Origin: Hyalangium minutum
GTDB lineage: Bacteria; Myxococcota; Myxococcia; Myxococcales; Myxococcaceae
DNA: 64,000 bases
Assembly: GCF_000737315.1 (NCBI RefSeq)
Contig: NZ_JMCB01000023.1
Coordinates: 1-64,000, forward strand
Reading direction: 5' to 3'
The notes under the pieces were generated by a model. That model was given only the letters and a program-made list of their open reading frames with translations, had not been told where the DNA came from and ran no database searches. The position numbers and the translations under genes were made by a program. Of this stretch, positions 29,546 through 38,848 are shown one piece after another. The stretch's first letter is position 1. Each line of letters begins with the position of its first letter.

Positions 29546-31717
29546 TCAGGCGCCTCGGGGCAACTGCACGGTGAAGGTGGTGCCGTCAGCATCGGTGGAC
29601 CGGACAGCCACCGTGCCACCGTGCGCGCGGACAATCTGCTCGACGATGTAGAGCCCCAGCCCCACGCTGCGGCCCGAGCTCTGGCCGTCCTGGGTCCCAC
29701 GCTTCATCGCCTCGAAGATGTGGGGCAGCAGCTCCGGAGGGATGGGCCGGCCAAGGTTGTGCACCTCGACCACCACCGTCTGCGGCTCGGCCCGCGTGCT
29801 CACCTTCACGGGCGTGCCCGGAGGGCTGTAGCGCAGCGCGTTGGAGACGAGGTTGCTCACCACCTGGGCCAGCCGGTCGGGATCCCACTCCCCTTCCCCG
29901 TCTCCGCTCTGGCTCACCTGGAGATCGCGCTCCGGCCATGCGGCCTGGAGCTCCTCCAGCACCTGCCGAGTCACCTCGTGGATGATGGCGCGCCGGCGCT
30001 GGATCCGGATGCCCTCGCCCAGGCGTGCCTGGGTGAAGTCCAGCAGATCCGCGATCAGCCGCGTGGCGCGCTCCGCGCTGGAGAGGATGCGCGAGGCGCC
30101 CTTGAAGGCCCGCTCGGCCAGTCCCTCCTGCTTGAGCAGCATCTGCGCGGACATGAGGATGGCGCTCACCGGGTTGCGAAGGTCGTGGCTGACGATGCCG
30201 ATGAGCTGTTCCTCGAACTCGGCGCGGCGGCGCGCCTGCTTCTCGAGCGCCTCGGCCCGCTGCCGCGCCCAAACCAACTCCGTCACGTCCACCGCGTGCG
30301 TGAGCAGCCCGTCCACACGGCCCTGGCCGTCGTGGAGCGGCTGGTAGACCACGTTGAGGAAGGCCTCCTCCAGCTTGCCCTCTTCCCGGCGATCCAGGAG
30401 CACCGGGTACTCGTGGCCCACGAAGGTCTGGCCGGTGCGCATCACCTGCCAGGCGACCTCCACGAAGCGCGAGTAGCGCGACATCTCCGGCAGGGCCTCC
30501 TGCAAAGTCTTACCGACCAGCCCCGTGCGGCCCGCGAACTTCTCGTAGAGCGGGTTGGTGAACTCGAGCACCAGATCCGGGCCGCGCATGATGGCGATGG
30601 CCGCGGGCGCCTGTGTCACCAGGGAGTGCAGACGGGCGCGCTCGGTCTCCGCGTCGGCCCGCGCCTCCTTTTCACGCTCCAGCAACCGCGCGTTCTGGAG
30701 CGCCAGACCCGCCCGGTCTGCCAGCTCCTCTAGGAACACCAGATCCGTGGGGCCAAAGGGCTTGCCCGAATCCTCCCGCTGCACTTGCAGCGTACCGATC
30801 ACGTGCCCATACACCCGAAGCGGAACCACCATCATGGTGAGAGGGGTGTAGCGCTCAGTATAGGCGCGGTGAGTGGCGGGGAGCGCTACCAGCAACTCCT
30901 CTCGGGAGACGCGGGGCAGCAGCAGCGACTGGCCCGTGCGAACCACCATCCCCGAGAGGCCCTCGCCCACGGGGTGCCGCCCCGTGTCCACCAGCTTCTC
31001 GAACTCCTTCCGGGCCTCGGAGTCCGCGTGGTACGCGGCCACAGGCGTCACGTCATGGCCGTCGTCCGACAGCAGCGAGAGCGAGCACGCCCCGTCGATG
31101 ATCGTCGCCACCATGCGGACCACGGCGTTGACGACGCTCCGCAGATCCGCGCTCGCCTCGGCGAACACGTGAGAAGCCTCGGCGAGGATGAAGAGGCGCT
31201 GGGCAGCTGCCTCGGCCTCCCCTCGGGCATGGCGCTCGCGCTCCAGCAGCTCGTCGCGCTGCTGCTCCGCGCGCCGCTGGGCCCGGAGATCCTCGACATA
31301 GATAAAGGCCCCCACCGTGACCGAACCATGGCGCACCGGGTGGTAGCTGGTGCGGGAGAAGCGCGGCTCGCGCGGTGTGCCCGCCGACTCCCACTCGATC
31401 TCGACGTTCTCCAGCGGAAAGCCCGTCAGCAGCACGTGCTCGATCCGGCGGACGATCGCCTGCGTCGCCTCGGAGTCCTCTGGGAGCACCTCATGAATTT
31501 TCCGACCCAGGTGGAGCTCGGGCGACAGGCCGTTCATCTCGCAGAGCGCCTTGTTCACGCGGACATAGCGCAGCTCTGTGTCCACGATCCCAATGCCGAT
31601 CGGGGCATGCCACAGCGCGTCGAGCCCCGCGAGAGCGGCACCCGCTGCCTGATCCTGCCAGGGAAGTGAGGAGGCGATAGAGAAGGCGCTCACGTGAGGG
31701 TCCAGAATTGACCCCAA
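29546..31717 (-). CDS. Orphan cytoplasmic PAS-GAF-PAS sensor histidine kinase
   Basis: PAS (YVRVNKALCEMNG), GAF, PAS, H-box VSHDLRNP, N-box NLVSNALRY, GLGLYIV; start uncertain (TTG 31717 or GTG 31693). Confidence 0.9.
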   Translation of the reverse strand: MGSILDPHVSAFSIASSLPWQDQAAGAALAGLDALWHAPIGIGIVDTELRYVRVNKALCEMNGLSPELHLGRKIHEVLPEDSEATQAIVRRIEHVLLTGFPLENVEIEWESAGTPREPRFSRTSYHPVRHGSVTVGAFIYVEDLRAQRRAEQQRDELLERERHARGEAEAAAQRLFILAEASHVFAEASADLRSVVNAVVRMVATIIDGACSLSLLSDDGHDVTPVAAYHADSEARKEFEKLVDTGRHPVGEGLSGMVVRTGQSLLLPRVSREELLVALPATHRAYTERYTPLTMMVVPLRVYGHVIGTLQVQREDSGKPFGPTDLVFLEELADRAGLALQNARLLEREKEARADAETERARLHSLVTQAPAAIAIMRGPDLVLEFTNPLYEKFAGRTGLVGKTLQEALPEMSRYSRFVEVAWQVMRTGQTFVGHEYPVLLDRREEGKLEEAFLNVVYQPLHDGQGRVDGLLTHAVDVTELVWARQRAEALEKQARRRAEFEEQLIGIVSHDLRNPVSAILMSAQMLLKQEGLAERAFKGASRILSSAERATRLIADLLDFTQARLGEGIRIQRRRAIIHEVTRQVLEELQAAWPERDLQVSQSGDGEGEWDPDRLAQVVSNLVSNALRYSPPGTPVKVSTRAEPQTVVVEVHNLGRPIPPELLPHIFEAMKRGTQDGQSSGRSVGLGLYIVEQIVRAHGGTVAVRSTDADGTTFTVQLPRGA

Positions 31718-31821
31718 CTCTTAGCACTCACCCTTTTTTTGACTCCCCACCCCCGGCTACCCCGTCCGCTTTCCGACAGCCCTTGTGTTCAGCCTGCCAT
31801 CTCCCCAAGCAAGCGCGGCGC

Positions 31822-32763
31822 TCAAGTGTTCTGGATCCGCTGGATCAGCGCCGTGAGCATCGGCTCGACGAGCTCCTGGCCTCGCAGCGCCGTGCGCCAC
31901 CGCTCGGGGAGGGCCTTCACGCCGTCGCGAATTCCGGCAATTCCCCCCGCTACGGCGGCGGTGGTGTCCGTGTCGCGCCCAAGCGCCACCGCGGCCTTCA
32001 CCACGCCCTCATAGGAAGCTTCCGACCGCACGCAGTCTCGGGCGGAGAGCAGGCAATCAACCACATACCCAGAGCCGGTCCCTGGCTCTGGCCGCTCCGG
32101 GCGGATCTGAAGCTCCAGCTCCGAGCGGGCCTCCAGCCCTTCGGGGTACAGCTGCCGGAAGGTGGCCAGCGCCTCTCCCCACGGATCCGAAGCGCCCTGC
32201 AAGGTCCGCCGAGCCCAGAGGCAGTACACCGCGCAGCAGATCTGGGAGCGCAGGTGCCCGTGGGTCACCAACGACTGGCGCATGGCCTCGTACACGAGCG
32301 CCTGATCCGTCCCCGTGTGCCAGAGCGCCAGCGGCAGCACCCGCATCAGCGAGCCGTTCCCATTGTCCCGCTCGCCCTTGGGGCCGGACAGGAGCGCGGG
32401 CGTCCCCGCTCGGAAGGTCTGGAGCGCACTGCGGGTCTGAATGCCGACGTCGAAGACCTCGAAGTCCACCGCCATGTAGCCCAGCTCGAGCCAGTTCCAG
32501 AGGCGACGCCCCAGGTCCTCGGGGTCCAGCATGTCCCGGTATTGCAGCGAGGCCAGGAGGCACAGCGCGTGCGCCCCATCGTCTGACCACGTGCCGGGAA
32601 GAACACTCGGGTGCGCACGATGGAACCCCGCGGGCGGCTCGAACTCGATCTGCTCCCGCGGGGGAATCTGCTGCGGCGGGTGGAACTCGTACGGGACGCC
32701 CAGCGCGTCACCAATCAACAGCCCGTAGAGCCCTCCTGCGATCCGCTCTTCCCGTGTCGGCAT
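31822..32763 (-). CDS. ADP-ribosylglycohydrolase (DraG/ARH family)
   Basis: LIGDALG, TWSDD, GNGSLMR, DTDTTAAVAG. Confidence 0.92.
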   Translation of the reverse strand: MPTREERIAGGLYGLLIGDALGVPYEFHPPQQIPPREQIEFEPPAGFHRAHPSVLPGTWSDDGAHALCLLASLQYRDMLDPEDLGRRLWNWLELGYMAVDFEVFDVGIQTRSALQTFRAGTPALLSGPKGERDNGNGSLMRVLPLALWHTGTDQALVYEAMRQSLVTHGHLRSQICCAVYCLWARRTLQGASDPWGEALATFRQLYPEGLEARSELELQIRPERPEPGTGSGYVVDCLLSARDCVRSEASYEGVVKAAVALGRDTDTTAAVAGGIAGIRDGVKALPERWRTALRGQELVEPMLTALIQRIQNT

Positions 32764-32811
32764 GGCACGCCGCTCCTCTCTCGACAGGCTCGGGCTTCCC
32801 GCTCCAGATGG

Positions 32812-33657
32812 CTACACGCCGCCCGTGGCGGCCAGCAAGGTGTTGCGCATTAGCATGGCGATCGTCATGGGGCCCACACCGCCAGGCACTGGAGTGATGG
32901 CCGAGGCCCGCTGGGACGCGGCCTGGAATGCCACATCCCCCACCAGCTTTCCGTCCGCCTTGCGGTTCATGCCCACGTCGATCACCACCGCGCCGGGCTT
33001 GATCCAGTCGCCCTGAATGAGCTCGGGCACGCCTACCGCGACGACGAGGATGTCCGCCTGAGCCACCTCGCGTGGCAGATCGCTCTTGCGGTGGCAGATC
33101 GTCACGGTGGCGTCCTTCTGGAGCAGCATCAGCGCCATGGGCTTGCCCACGATGTTGCTGCGCCCCACCACCACGGCCCGCTTCCCCGAAGGGTTGCAGC
33201 CCACCTCCTCCAGCAGCCGCATCACCCCGGCCGGTGTGCACGGCCGCAGCCCTGGCCTCCCGAGCGACAGGTTGCCCGCGCTGATCGGGTGGAAGCCGTC
33301 CACATCCTTCTCGGGCTTCACCGTGGAGATGATCAGCTCCGCGTCGATGTGCTTCGGCAGGGGTAGCTGGACGAGGATACCGTGAACCGCCGAGGCGTCA
33401 TTGAGCCTGCGCACCTGGGCCAGCAGCTCGTCCTGGGAGATGGACGCGTCAAAGTGGTGCTCCCAGGAGCGGAAGCCCACCTCCTCGGCCGCCTTCTTCT
33501 TCCCGGTGACGTAGATCTTCGAGGCGGGATCCTCGCCCACCCGGACCACCGCCAAACCGGGGATAAGGCCTCGGTCCGCCTTGAGGCGCGCCACCTCCAC
33601 CTGGACCTCCGCCCGGACCCGCGCCGCAATCGCCTTGCCATCAATCAACTGAGCCAT
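32812..33657 (-). CDS. folD: Methylene-THF dehydrogenase/cyclohydrolase
   Basis: [41 protein letters not shown]. Confidence 0.97.
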   Translation of the reverse strand: MAQLIDGKAIAARVRAEVQVEVARLKADRGLIPGLAVVRVGEDPASKIYVTGKKKAAEEVGFRSWEHHFDASISQDELLAQVRRLNDASAVHGILVQLPLPKHIDAELIISTVKPEKDVDGFHPISAGNLSLGRPGLRPCTPAGVMRLLEEVGCNPSGKRAVVVGRSNIVGKPMALMLLQKDATVTICHRKSDLPREVAQADILVVAVGVPELIQGDWIKPGAVVIDVGMNRKADGKLVGDVAFQAASQRASAITPVPGGVGPMTIAMLMRNTLLAATGGV

Positions 33658-33707
33658 AGCGCGGCGGACTCTATGTCAAACTGGGGGCTGGAAGGGGTGA
33701 GGCAGCC

Positions 33708-34520
33708 GTGGCGCCAGGAAAAGTGCTCGGAGCAATGCTGGGGTTGATGCTGGGTCTCTGGATCCGGGAACCCTGGGCCATCGTGCTCTTCCTGATCGCC
33801 GGAGGCGTGGTGGGCCACTTCTATGACAACGCCCACGCCCTGCCCCCGGTGGACCCTATCGAGGGGCTCGAGCCCGACCCCTTCCTGCGCGAGCCCCCCT
33901 CGGCCCCGGTGTCGCGGGAGCAGCTCGACGCGCAGGCCCAGGAGCACTTCGCCCGCCACCTGTGCGCCCTCTTCATCGAGGTGGCCCGGGTGGATGGAAA
34001 CGTGTCGCGCGAAGAGGTGCGCGTGGTGAAGGAGTACTTCCAGAACGAGCTGAAGTATGGCCCCGAGGCGCTGGACACCGTCCGCATCTACCTCAAGGAG
34101 TTCCTCGAGAAGCCCCCCACCCTGGACGAGTCCATCGCAGCCTGCCGGGACGAGCTGCCCACCAGCGATCGCCTGCTCCTGGTGGACACGCTGTACCAGC
34201 TGGGGCTCGTGGACGGAGCCCTCCAGCGCTCCGAGCAGGAGAGCCTGCGCCAGATCGTCAAGGGGCTGGGCCTCACCGAGGAGGACCGGCGCGCCATCAC
34301 CGCCCGCTACCTGGGTACGGGTGATACGCACTACGCGCGGCTCGGCCTCAACCCGGGGGCCTCGGATGCCGAGGTGAAGCGCGCCTACCGGCAGCTCGCC
34401 GCGGCGCACCACCCGGACCGCGTCTCCCACCTGGGCGCTGGAGCGGTCGACCAGGCCACGCGCCGCTTCCAGGAAATCCAAGACGCCTACGAGATGATTC
34501 GACGCCTGCGAGGACTGTAG
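33708..34520 (+). CDS. djlA: DjlA-like co-chaperone (TM, TerB-like domain, J domain)
   Basis: N-terminal GxxG-rich TM; VARVDGNVS..E; C-terminal VKRAYRQLAAAHHPDR. Confidence 0.8.
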   Translation: MAPGKVLGAMLGLMLGLWIREPWAIVLFLIAGGVVGHFYDNAHALPPVDPIEGLEPDPFLREPPSAPVSREQLDAQAQEHFARHLCALFIEVARVDGNVSREEVRVVKEYFQNELKYGPEALDTVRIYLKEFLEKPPTLDESIAACRDELPTSDRLLLVDTLYQLGLVDGALQRSEQESLRQIVKGLGLTEEDRRAITARYLGTGDTHYARLGLNPGASDAEVKRAYRQLAAAHHPDRVSHLGAGAVDQATRRFQEIQDAYEMIRRLRGL

Positions 34521-34561
34521 CGGGCGGTTAAACCCAAGAGACCCGGTACCCGGGGAGAGAC

Positions 34562-35242
34562 ATGAGCAACCGCAACGACCCGCCCAAGAAGAAGGAACCC
34601 GAGTTCCACAACAGCCCCTTCAAGGACGCGCTCAAGCCCCTGCAGAAGAAGCCGCCTGAGCCCTCCCAGAAGAAGGCCCCGCCTCCACCTCCCGCCAAGA
34701 AGAAGCCCGCGCGCGAGGAGGATGACGCGGCGCTCTTCTACGCGGCCATGGATGGCGTGCAGCAAATCACCCATAGGGGCGAGGCCCCCGCGCCCAACCC
34801 CCGCCTGCCCGAGATCATCGACGAGAACGCCGAGGCGCTCGCGCAACTGTCGGAGCTCGTCTCGGGCCAGGGCGATTTCGAGTTCACCGGCTCGGACGAG
34901 TTCATCGAGGGCGCTCACCCCGGCACGGATCGCAACCTGCTGCGAGCGCTGCGCCGCGGCGACTTCTCCATTCAGGGCCGCCTGGACTTGCATGGCAAGA
35001 CGCAGGCAGAGGCCCGGGACGCCGTGGAGCGCTTCCTCAGCGACAACCGCCGGGCCAAGAAGCGGTGCGTCTTGATCATCCACGGCCGAGGTTTGCACTC
35101 CAAGGATCAGCTCCCCGTGCTGAAGGACTGGCTGAAGGGGTGGCTGAGCCAGAAGCGCATTGGGAACATGGTGCTGGCGTTCTCCAGCGCCCGTCCTCAA
35201 GACGGGGGAGCAGGCGCGGTGTACGTGCTCCTGCGGCGGTAG
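34562..35242 (+). CDS. Stand-alone Smr-domain protein
   Basis: LDLHG, IIHGRG, DGGAGAVYVLL. Confidence 0.9.
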   Translation: MSNRNDPPKKKEPEFHNSPFKDALKPLQKKPPEPSQKKAPPPPPAKKKPAREEDDAALFYAAMDGVQQITHRGEAPAPNPRLPEIIDENAEALAQLSELVSGQGDFEFTGSDEFIEGAHPGTDRNLLRALRRGDFSIQGRLDLHGKTQAEARDAVERFLSDNRRAKKRCVLIIHGRGLHSKDQLPVLKDWLKGWLSQKRIGNMVLAFSSARPQDGGAGAVYVLLRR

Positions 35243-35278
35243 CTGGACGGCCGGGCGGCACTGTGCATACATACCGCC

Positions 35279-36274
35279 ATGGCTCGCGACCTCATTGATC
35301 TGCACATTCATGTTGGCAGCGCCGTAGCGCCCCACATCCTCTGGTCCATCGCGCATCAGCAGGGCTTCAAGCTCCCCGTCAAAAACTACTTCGACTTCGT
35401 GGAGCTGATCACCTCGCGCCCCGGCAAGGTGGGAAGCCTCGAGGACTACCTGAAGATCATGCACACGTGGACGGAGAAGATCCAATCGTCCCCGAGTGCC
35501 ATCGAGCGCTCGGTGTACGAGGTGATCGGCAAGGAGTACCGCAGCAGCCGGGTGACGCAGATCGAGCTGCGCTTCAACCCGATGAAGCGCAACCTGAACT
35601 CCGAGCTGGACCTGGACCACATCATCCACGCGGCGCTGCGCGGCATGGATCGCGCCATGCTGGAGTACGACGTGAAGGCGGGCCTCATCTTCTGCCTGGC
35701 GCGCGAGTTCGAGCACCCGCTCAACGCCATCCTGGTGGAGAAGGCGATCAAGTACCGCACGCGCGGCGTGGTGGGCATCGACCTGGCGGGGACGGAGAAG
35801 AACGCGCTGGAGCTGCGGCCTGAGGTCGTGGCCCAGTACGAGGACCTGTTCGATCGGGCTCGGCGCGGCGGGCTCAAGTGCACGGTGCACACCGGTGAGA
35901 CGAAGGGCACGGGGGCCGAGGGCGTGGTGGCCGTGGTCGAGCGCCTGAAGCCGCACCGGATTGGCCATGGCATCCGGGCCGCCTACGACGAGGCCGCGAT
36001 GAAGCTGCTGCGGGAGCGCGATGTGGTGCTGGAGCTGTGCCCCACGTCCAACCTGCACACCAAGGCGGTCGAGGGCCTGGACGAGATGCGGCACATCATC
36101 AAGACGTTCTGGGACCGGCGGGTGAAGTTCACCATCAACACGGATGGCCCTTACCTCTTGGAAACAGACATGCGCCGGGAGATCGAGCTGGTGGAGCGCA
36201 ACGGCATCCTGACGCCCGAGCAGGTGGACCAGACGCTGTCGTGGGCACGGCAGCACTCGTTCATTCCCAGCTGA
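35279..36274 (+). CDS. add: Adenosine/adenine deaminase family protein
   Basis: DLHIH, HTGE, RIGHG, CPTSN, INTD. Confidence 0.85.
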   Translation: MARDLIDLHIHVGSAVAPHILWSIAHQQGFKLPVKNYFDFVELITSRPGKVGSLEDYLKIMHTWTEKIQSSPSAIERSVYEVIGKEYRSSRVTQIELRFNPMKRNLNSELDLDHIIHAALRGMDRAMLEYDVKAGLIFCLAREFEHPLNAILVEKAIKYRTRGVVGIDLAGTEKNALELRPEVVAQYEDLFDRARRGGLKCTVHTGETKGTGAEGVVAVVERLKPHRIGHGIRAAYDEAAMKLLRERDVVLELCPTSNLHTKAVEGLDEMRHIIKTFWDRRVKFTINTDGPYLLETDMRREIELVERNGILTPEQVDQTLSWARQHSFIPS

Positions 36275-36304
36275 CGGTCCGGGCCCCTCGTGTAAAAGGG
36301 GCCC

Positions 36305-37384
36305 ATGTACCGACTGTTCCGCTCGCTCCTCTTCCAGCTGGCCCCGGAGAGCGCGCATCGCCTGGGCATGTGGGGGCTGCGCGAGCTGGGGATGTCGCAG
36401 GAGCTGTGCCAGTCGCTGCGCGCCCGAGCGCTCCGGAGCGTGACACCGGAGCTGGCCACGGAGATCGCGGGCCTGCGCTTCGAGCATCCGCTCGCGCTGG
36501 CCGCGGGGCTCGATAAAGACGCGGAGGCGGTGGAGGGCCTGTTCGCGTGTGGCTTCTCGGCGGTCGAGATCGGCACCGTCACGCCGCGTCCCCAGCCGGG
36601 CAACCCGAGCCCTCGCCTCTTCCGGCTGCCGGAGCACCGAGCCCTGATCAACCGGATGGGGTTCAACAACCACGGTGCGGCCGTGGCGGCGGCGCACCTG
36701 CGAGCCCTCACCTGGCGCCCTGCGCCGCTGGGCGTGAACGTGGGCAAGAACAAGGACACGCCGCTGGAGCGGGCCGTGGAGGACTATGTGGCGTGCGTGG
36801 ACGCACTGGCGCCCCTCGGGGACTACGTGGTCGTCAACGCGAGCTCGCCCAACACGCCAGGCCTGCGCAAGCTGCAGGAACCCGAGCAGCTCACAGCCCT
36901 GCTGCGCGCGGTGAAGGAGCGCCTGGAGAAGGTGGCTCCTGGCAAGCCGCTGTTCCTGAAGATTGCTCCAGACCTGACGCCCGAGGCCGTGGACGAGGTG
37001 GTGGATGTGGCGCGGGCGTGTGGGCTCTCGGGATTGATTGCCACGAACACCACGGTGGCCCGTCCCTTCGAGCACCCTCTGGCGAAGGAGGCCGGTGGGC
37101 TCTCAGGCGCTCCGGTCCGCGAGCCGGCCAACGCCGTGATTCGCCGGGCGTGGCAGCGCAGTGGAGGAGCACTGCCCATCATCGGCGTGGGCGGCGTGTT
37201 CACCGCGCAGGACGTCTACGAGAAGCTGCGAGCGGGCGCCTCGGTGGTCCAGGCCTATACCGGGTTCATCTACGAGGGACCGGACATGGTGCGTCGGATC
37301 GTCCAGGAGTTGGGCGCCCTGCTCGCCCGGGACGGCTTCCGCTCCGTCCGCGAGGCCGTGGGAGCCGACCACCGACGCAGCTGA
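36305..37384 (+). CDS. pyrD: Quinone-dependent dihydroorotate dehydrogenase
   Basis: LAAGLDK, GTVTPRPQPGN, INRMGFNN, NASSPNTPGLR, LKIAPD, GGLSG. Confidence 0.97.
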   Translation: MYRLFRSLLFQLAPESAHRLGMWGLRELGMSQELCQSLRARALRSVTPELATEIAGLRFEHPLALAAGLDKDAEAVEGLFACGFSAVEIGTVTPRPQPGNPSPRLFRLPEHRALINRMGFNNHGAAVAAAHLRALTWRPAPLGVNVGKNKDTPLERAVEDYVACVDALAPLGDYVVVNASSPNTPGLRKLQEPEQLTALLRAVKERLEKVAPGKPLFLKIAPDLTPEAVDEVVDVARACGLSGLIATNTTVARPFEHPLAKEAGGLSGAPVREPANAVIRRAWQRSGGALPIIGVGGVFTAQDVYEKLRAGASVVQAYTGFIYEGPDMVRRIVQELGALLARDGFRSVREAVGADHRRS

Positions 37385-37411
37385 GCTCTCCGCTCGGCGC
37401 CTGCACGATGT

Positions 37412-37666
37412 TCACCCGGGCGCTCTGGGCCCAAAGGGCTTCGCGGTGTACCAGTCCTCGTGAGGGCTCCACTGGTGACAGCGGAGGCAGCAGGTGTTGC
37501 GCCACTGCCGTCCACAATCCGGGCAAAGCCCCGCAGTGTCGAAGGTGTTCCACAAACATCCGCACCGGCATGCCCACAGGTCCGACTTGCGAGGGCGCCA
37601 ACCACACTTCGGGCAGCGGATGCGTCCACCGCCGGTGGCGTCGTCGAGGCGCTCCTCCTGCTTCAC
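37412..37666 (-). CDS. Small Cys/Trp-rich (zinc-ribbon-like) protein
   Basis: RCPKC...WACRCGC.WNTF...CPDC...CCLRC..WSPH.DWY; start uncertain (GTG 37666 chosen). Confidence 0.72.
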   Translation of the reverse strand: MKQEERLDDATGGGRIRCPKCGWRPRKSDLWACRCGCLWNTFDTAGLCPDCGRQWRNTCCLRCHQWSPHEDWYTAKPFGPRAPG

Positions 37667-37778
37667 GCCCCCGCTCTTGTCAGGCTCTTCGGAACCTCGC
37701 TTGGCTTCCTGCCGGAGAACCGGCTCTGGGTGAGGGCAGAACACGCCCTGATTCTGCCACGCTCTCCCCTGCCCCACC

Positions 37779-38732
37779 TCACTCCTTGGGCCAATCCGGG
37801 TAGGCAATCTCCATCAGCCCATTTGTCCAGGACTCGTACGCCGCCTTGTCTGCCACGGTGTAGGGCCGCCCGAACTCCTGAGGGAAGAACGTGCCCCAGT
37901 CTGGCTGGCTCCCATCCTCGTCCTTGAAGCCGTACTCCTTTGCCAGCTCCCATGAACTGTAGACGCGCCCGGCCTTCTCACCCACCTTCGGATCCGCCGC
38001 CAGCGCCGCCACCGCCCGGCCTACGTAGAACGGCGTCTCCGAGGCGATGAAGTGCGGGACCTTGGCCACCGCATCCCGCCAGTTCGCCTCTGTCACCCCA
38101 AAGCCCTCCAGCATCGCCTCCGAGCGCAGAAAGCCCGGCGTCACCGCCAGCGATGTGATCGGGTGGCGCCGAAGCTCCCACGCCATGGTGAAGGCCAGGC
38201 GGATGACCGACATCTTCACGAGATCGTAGAAGAGGTTCCCGCGGTATCCAAAGGTGTCCCCGTCCGTGATCTCGACGATGAGCCCCTGGTTCCGCTCGAG
38301 CATCAACGGCACCGCGTACCGGCTCGTGAGGATGTGCGAGTAGATCGCCTGGTCGAGCATCCGCCGCCCCTTCTCGGCATTGAGCTTCCAGAACGGCAGG
38401 CTGAACTCCGTGAGCTCGTCGCCTCCCCAGACGTCGTTGACCAGCACGTCGAGCCGGCCCTGCTCCTTCTTCACCCGCTCGAACAACGCCGCCACCTCGG
38501 ACTCGACCGTGTGGTCCGTCCGTACCGCGATCCCTCGGCCGCCTCGTTGGTCGACCAGCTCCGCCGTCTCCTCGATGGTCTCGGGTCGGCTGCCGGTCGC
38601 GGGCTTGCCTCGAACACTGCGCCCCGTGCAGTACACCGTGGCTCCCGCCTCCCCGAGCATCATCGCGATCCCTCGTCCGGCTCCCCGCGTGGCTCCCGCG
38701 ACCAGGGCGATACGTCCCTCCAGTGGCTTCAT
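37779..38732 (-). CDS. SDR oxidoreductase (DHRS1-like)
   Basis: VAGATRGAGRG, LDVLVNDVWG, YDLVK, VTPGFLRSE. Confidence 0.9.
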   Translation of the reverse strand: MKPLEGRIALVAGATRGAGRGIAMMLGEAGATVYCTGRSVRGKPATGSRPETIEETAELVDQRGGRGIAVRTDHTVESEVAALFERVKKEQGRLDVLVNDVWGGDELTEFSLPFWKLNAEKGRRMLDQAIYSHILTSRYAVPLMLERNQGLIVEITDGDTFGYRGNLFYDLVKMSVIRLAFTMAWELRRHPITSLAVTPGFLRSEAMLEGFGVTEANWRDAVAKVPHFIASETPFYVGRAVAALAADPKVGEKAGRVYSSWELAKEYGFKDEDGSQPDWGTFFPQEFGRPYTVADKAAYESWTNGLMEIAYPDWPKE

Positions 38733-38803
38733 GGCTCTCCTCCGAGACCGTGGGTGGTGCGCGCTTCCTCCGCGCCGGTCATGTCCGCACCCTAGCTGCC
38801 GAT

Positions 38804-38824
38804 TCCTGACATCTTGTGTCAGGA
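38804..38824. promoter_or_regulatory. Palindromic operator TCCTGACA-N5-TGTCAGGA, probable WYL regulator site
   Basis: Perfect 8-bp inverted repeat between the divergent SDR and WYL genes. Confidence 0.7.
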
Positions 38825-38848
38825 TTGTGCGCGTAACCTCTGGCCACC

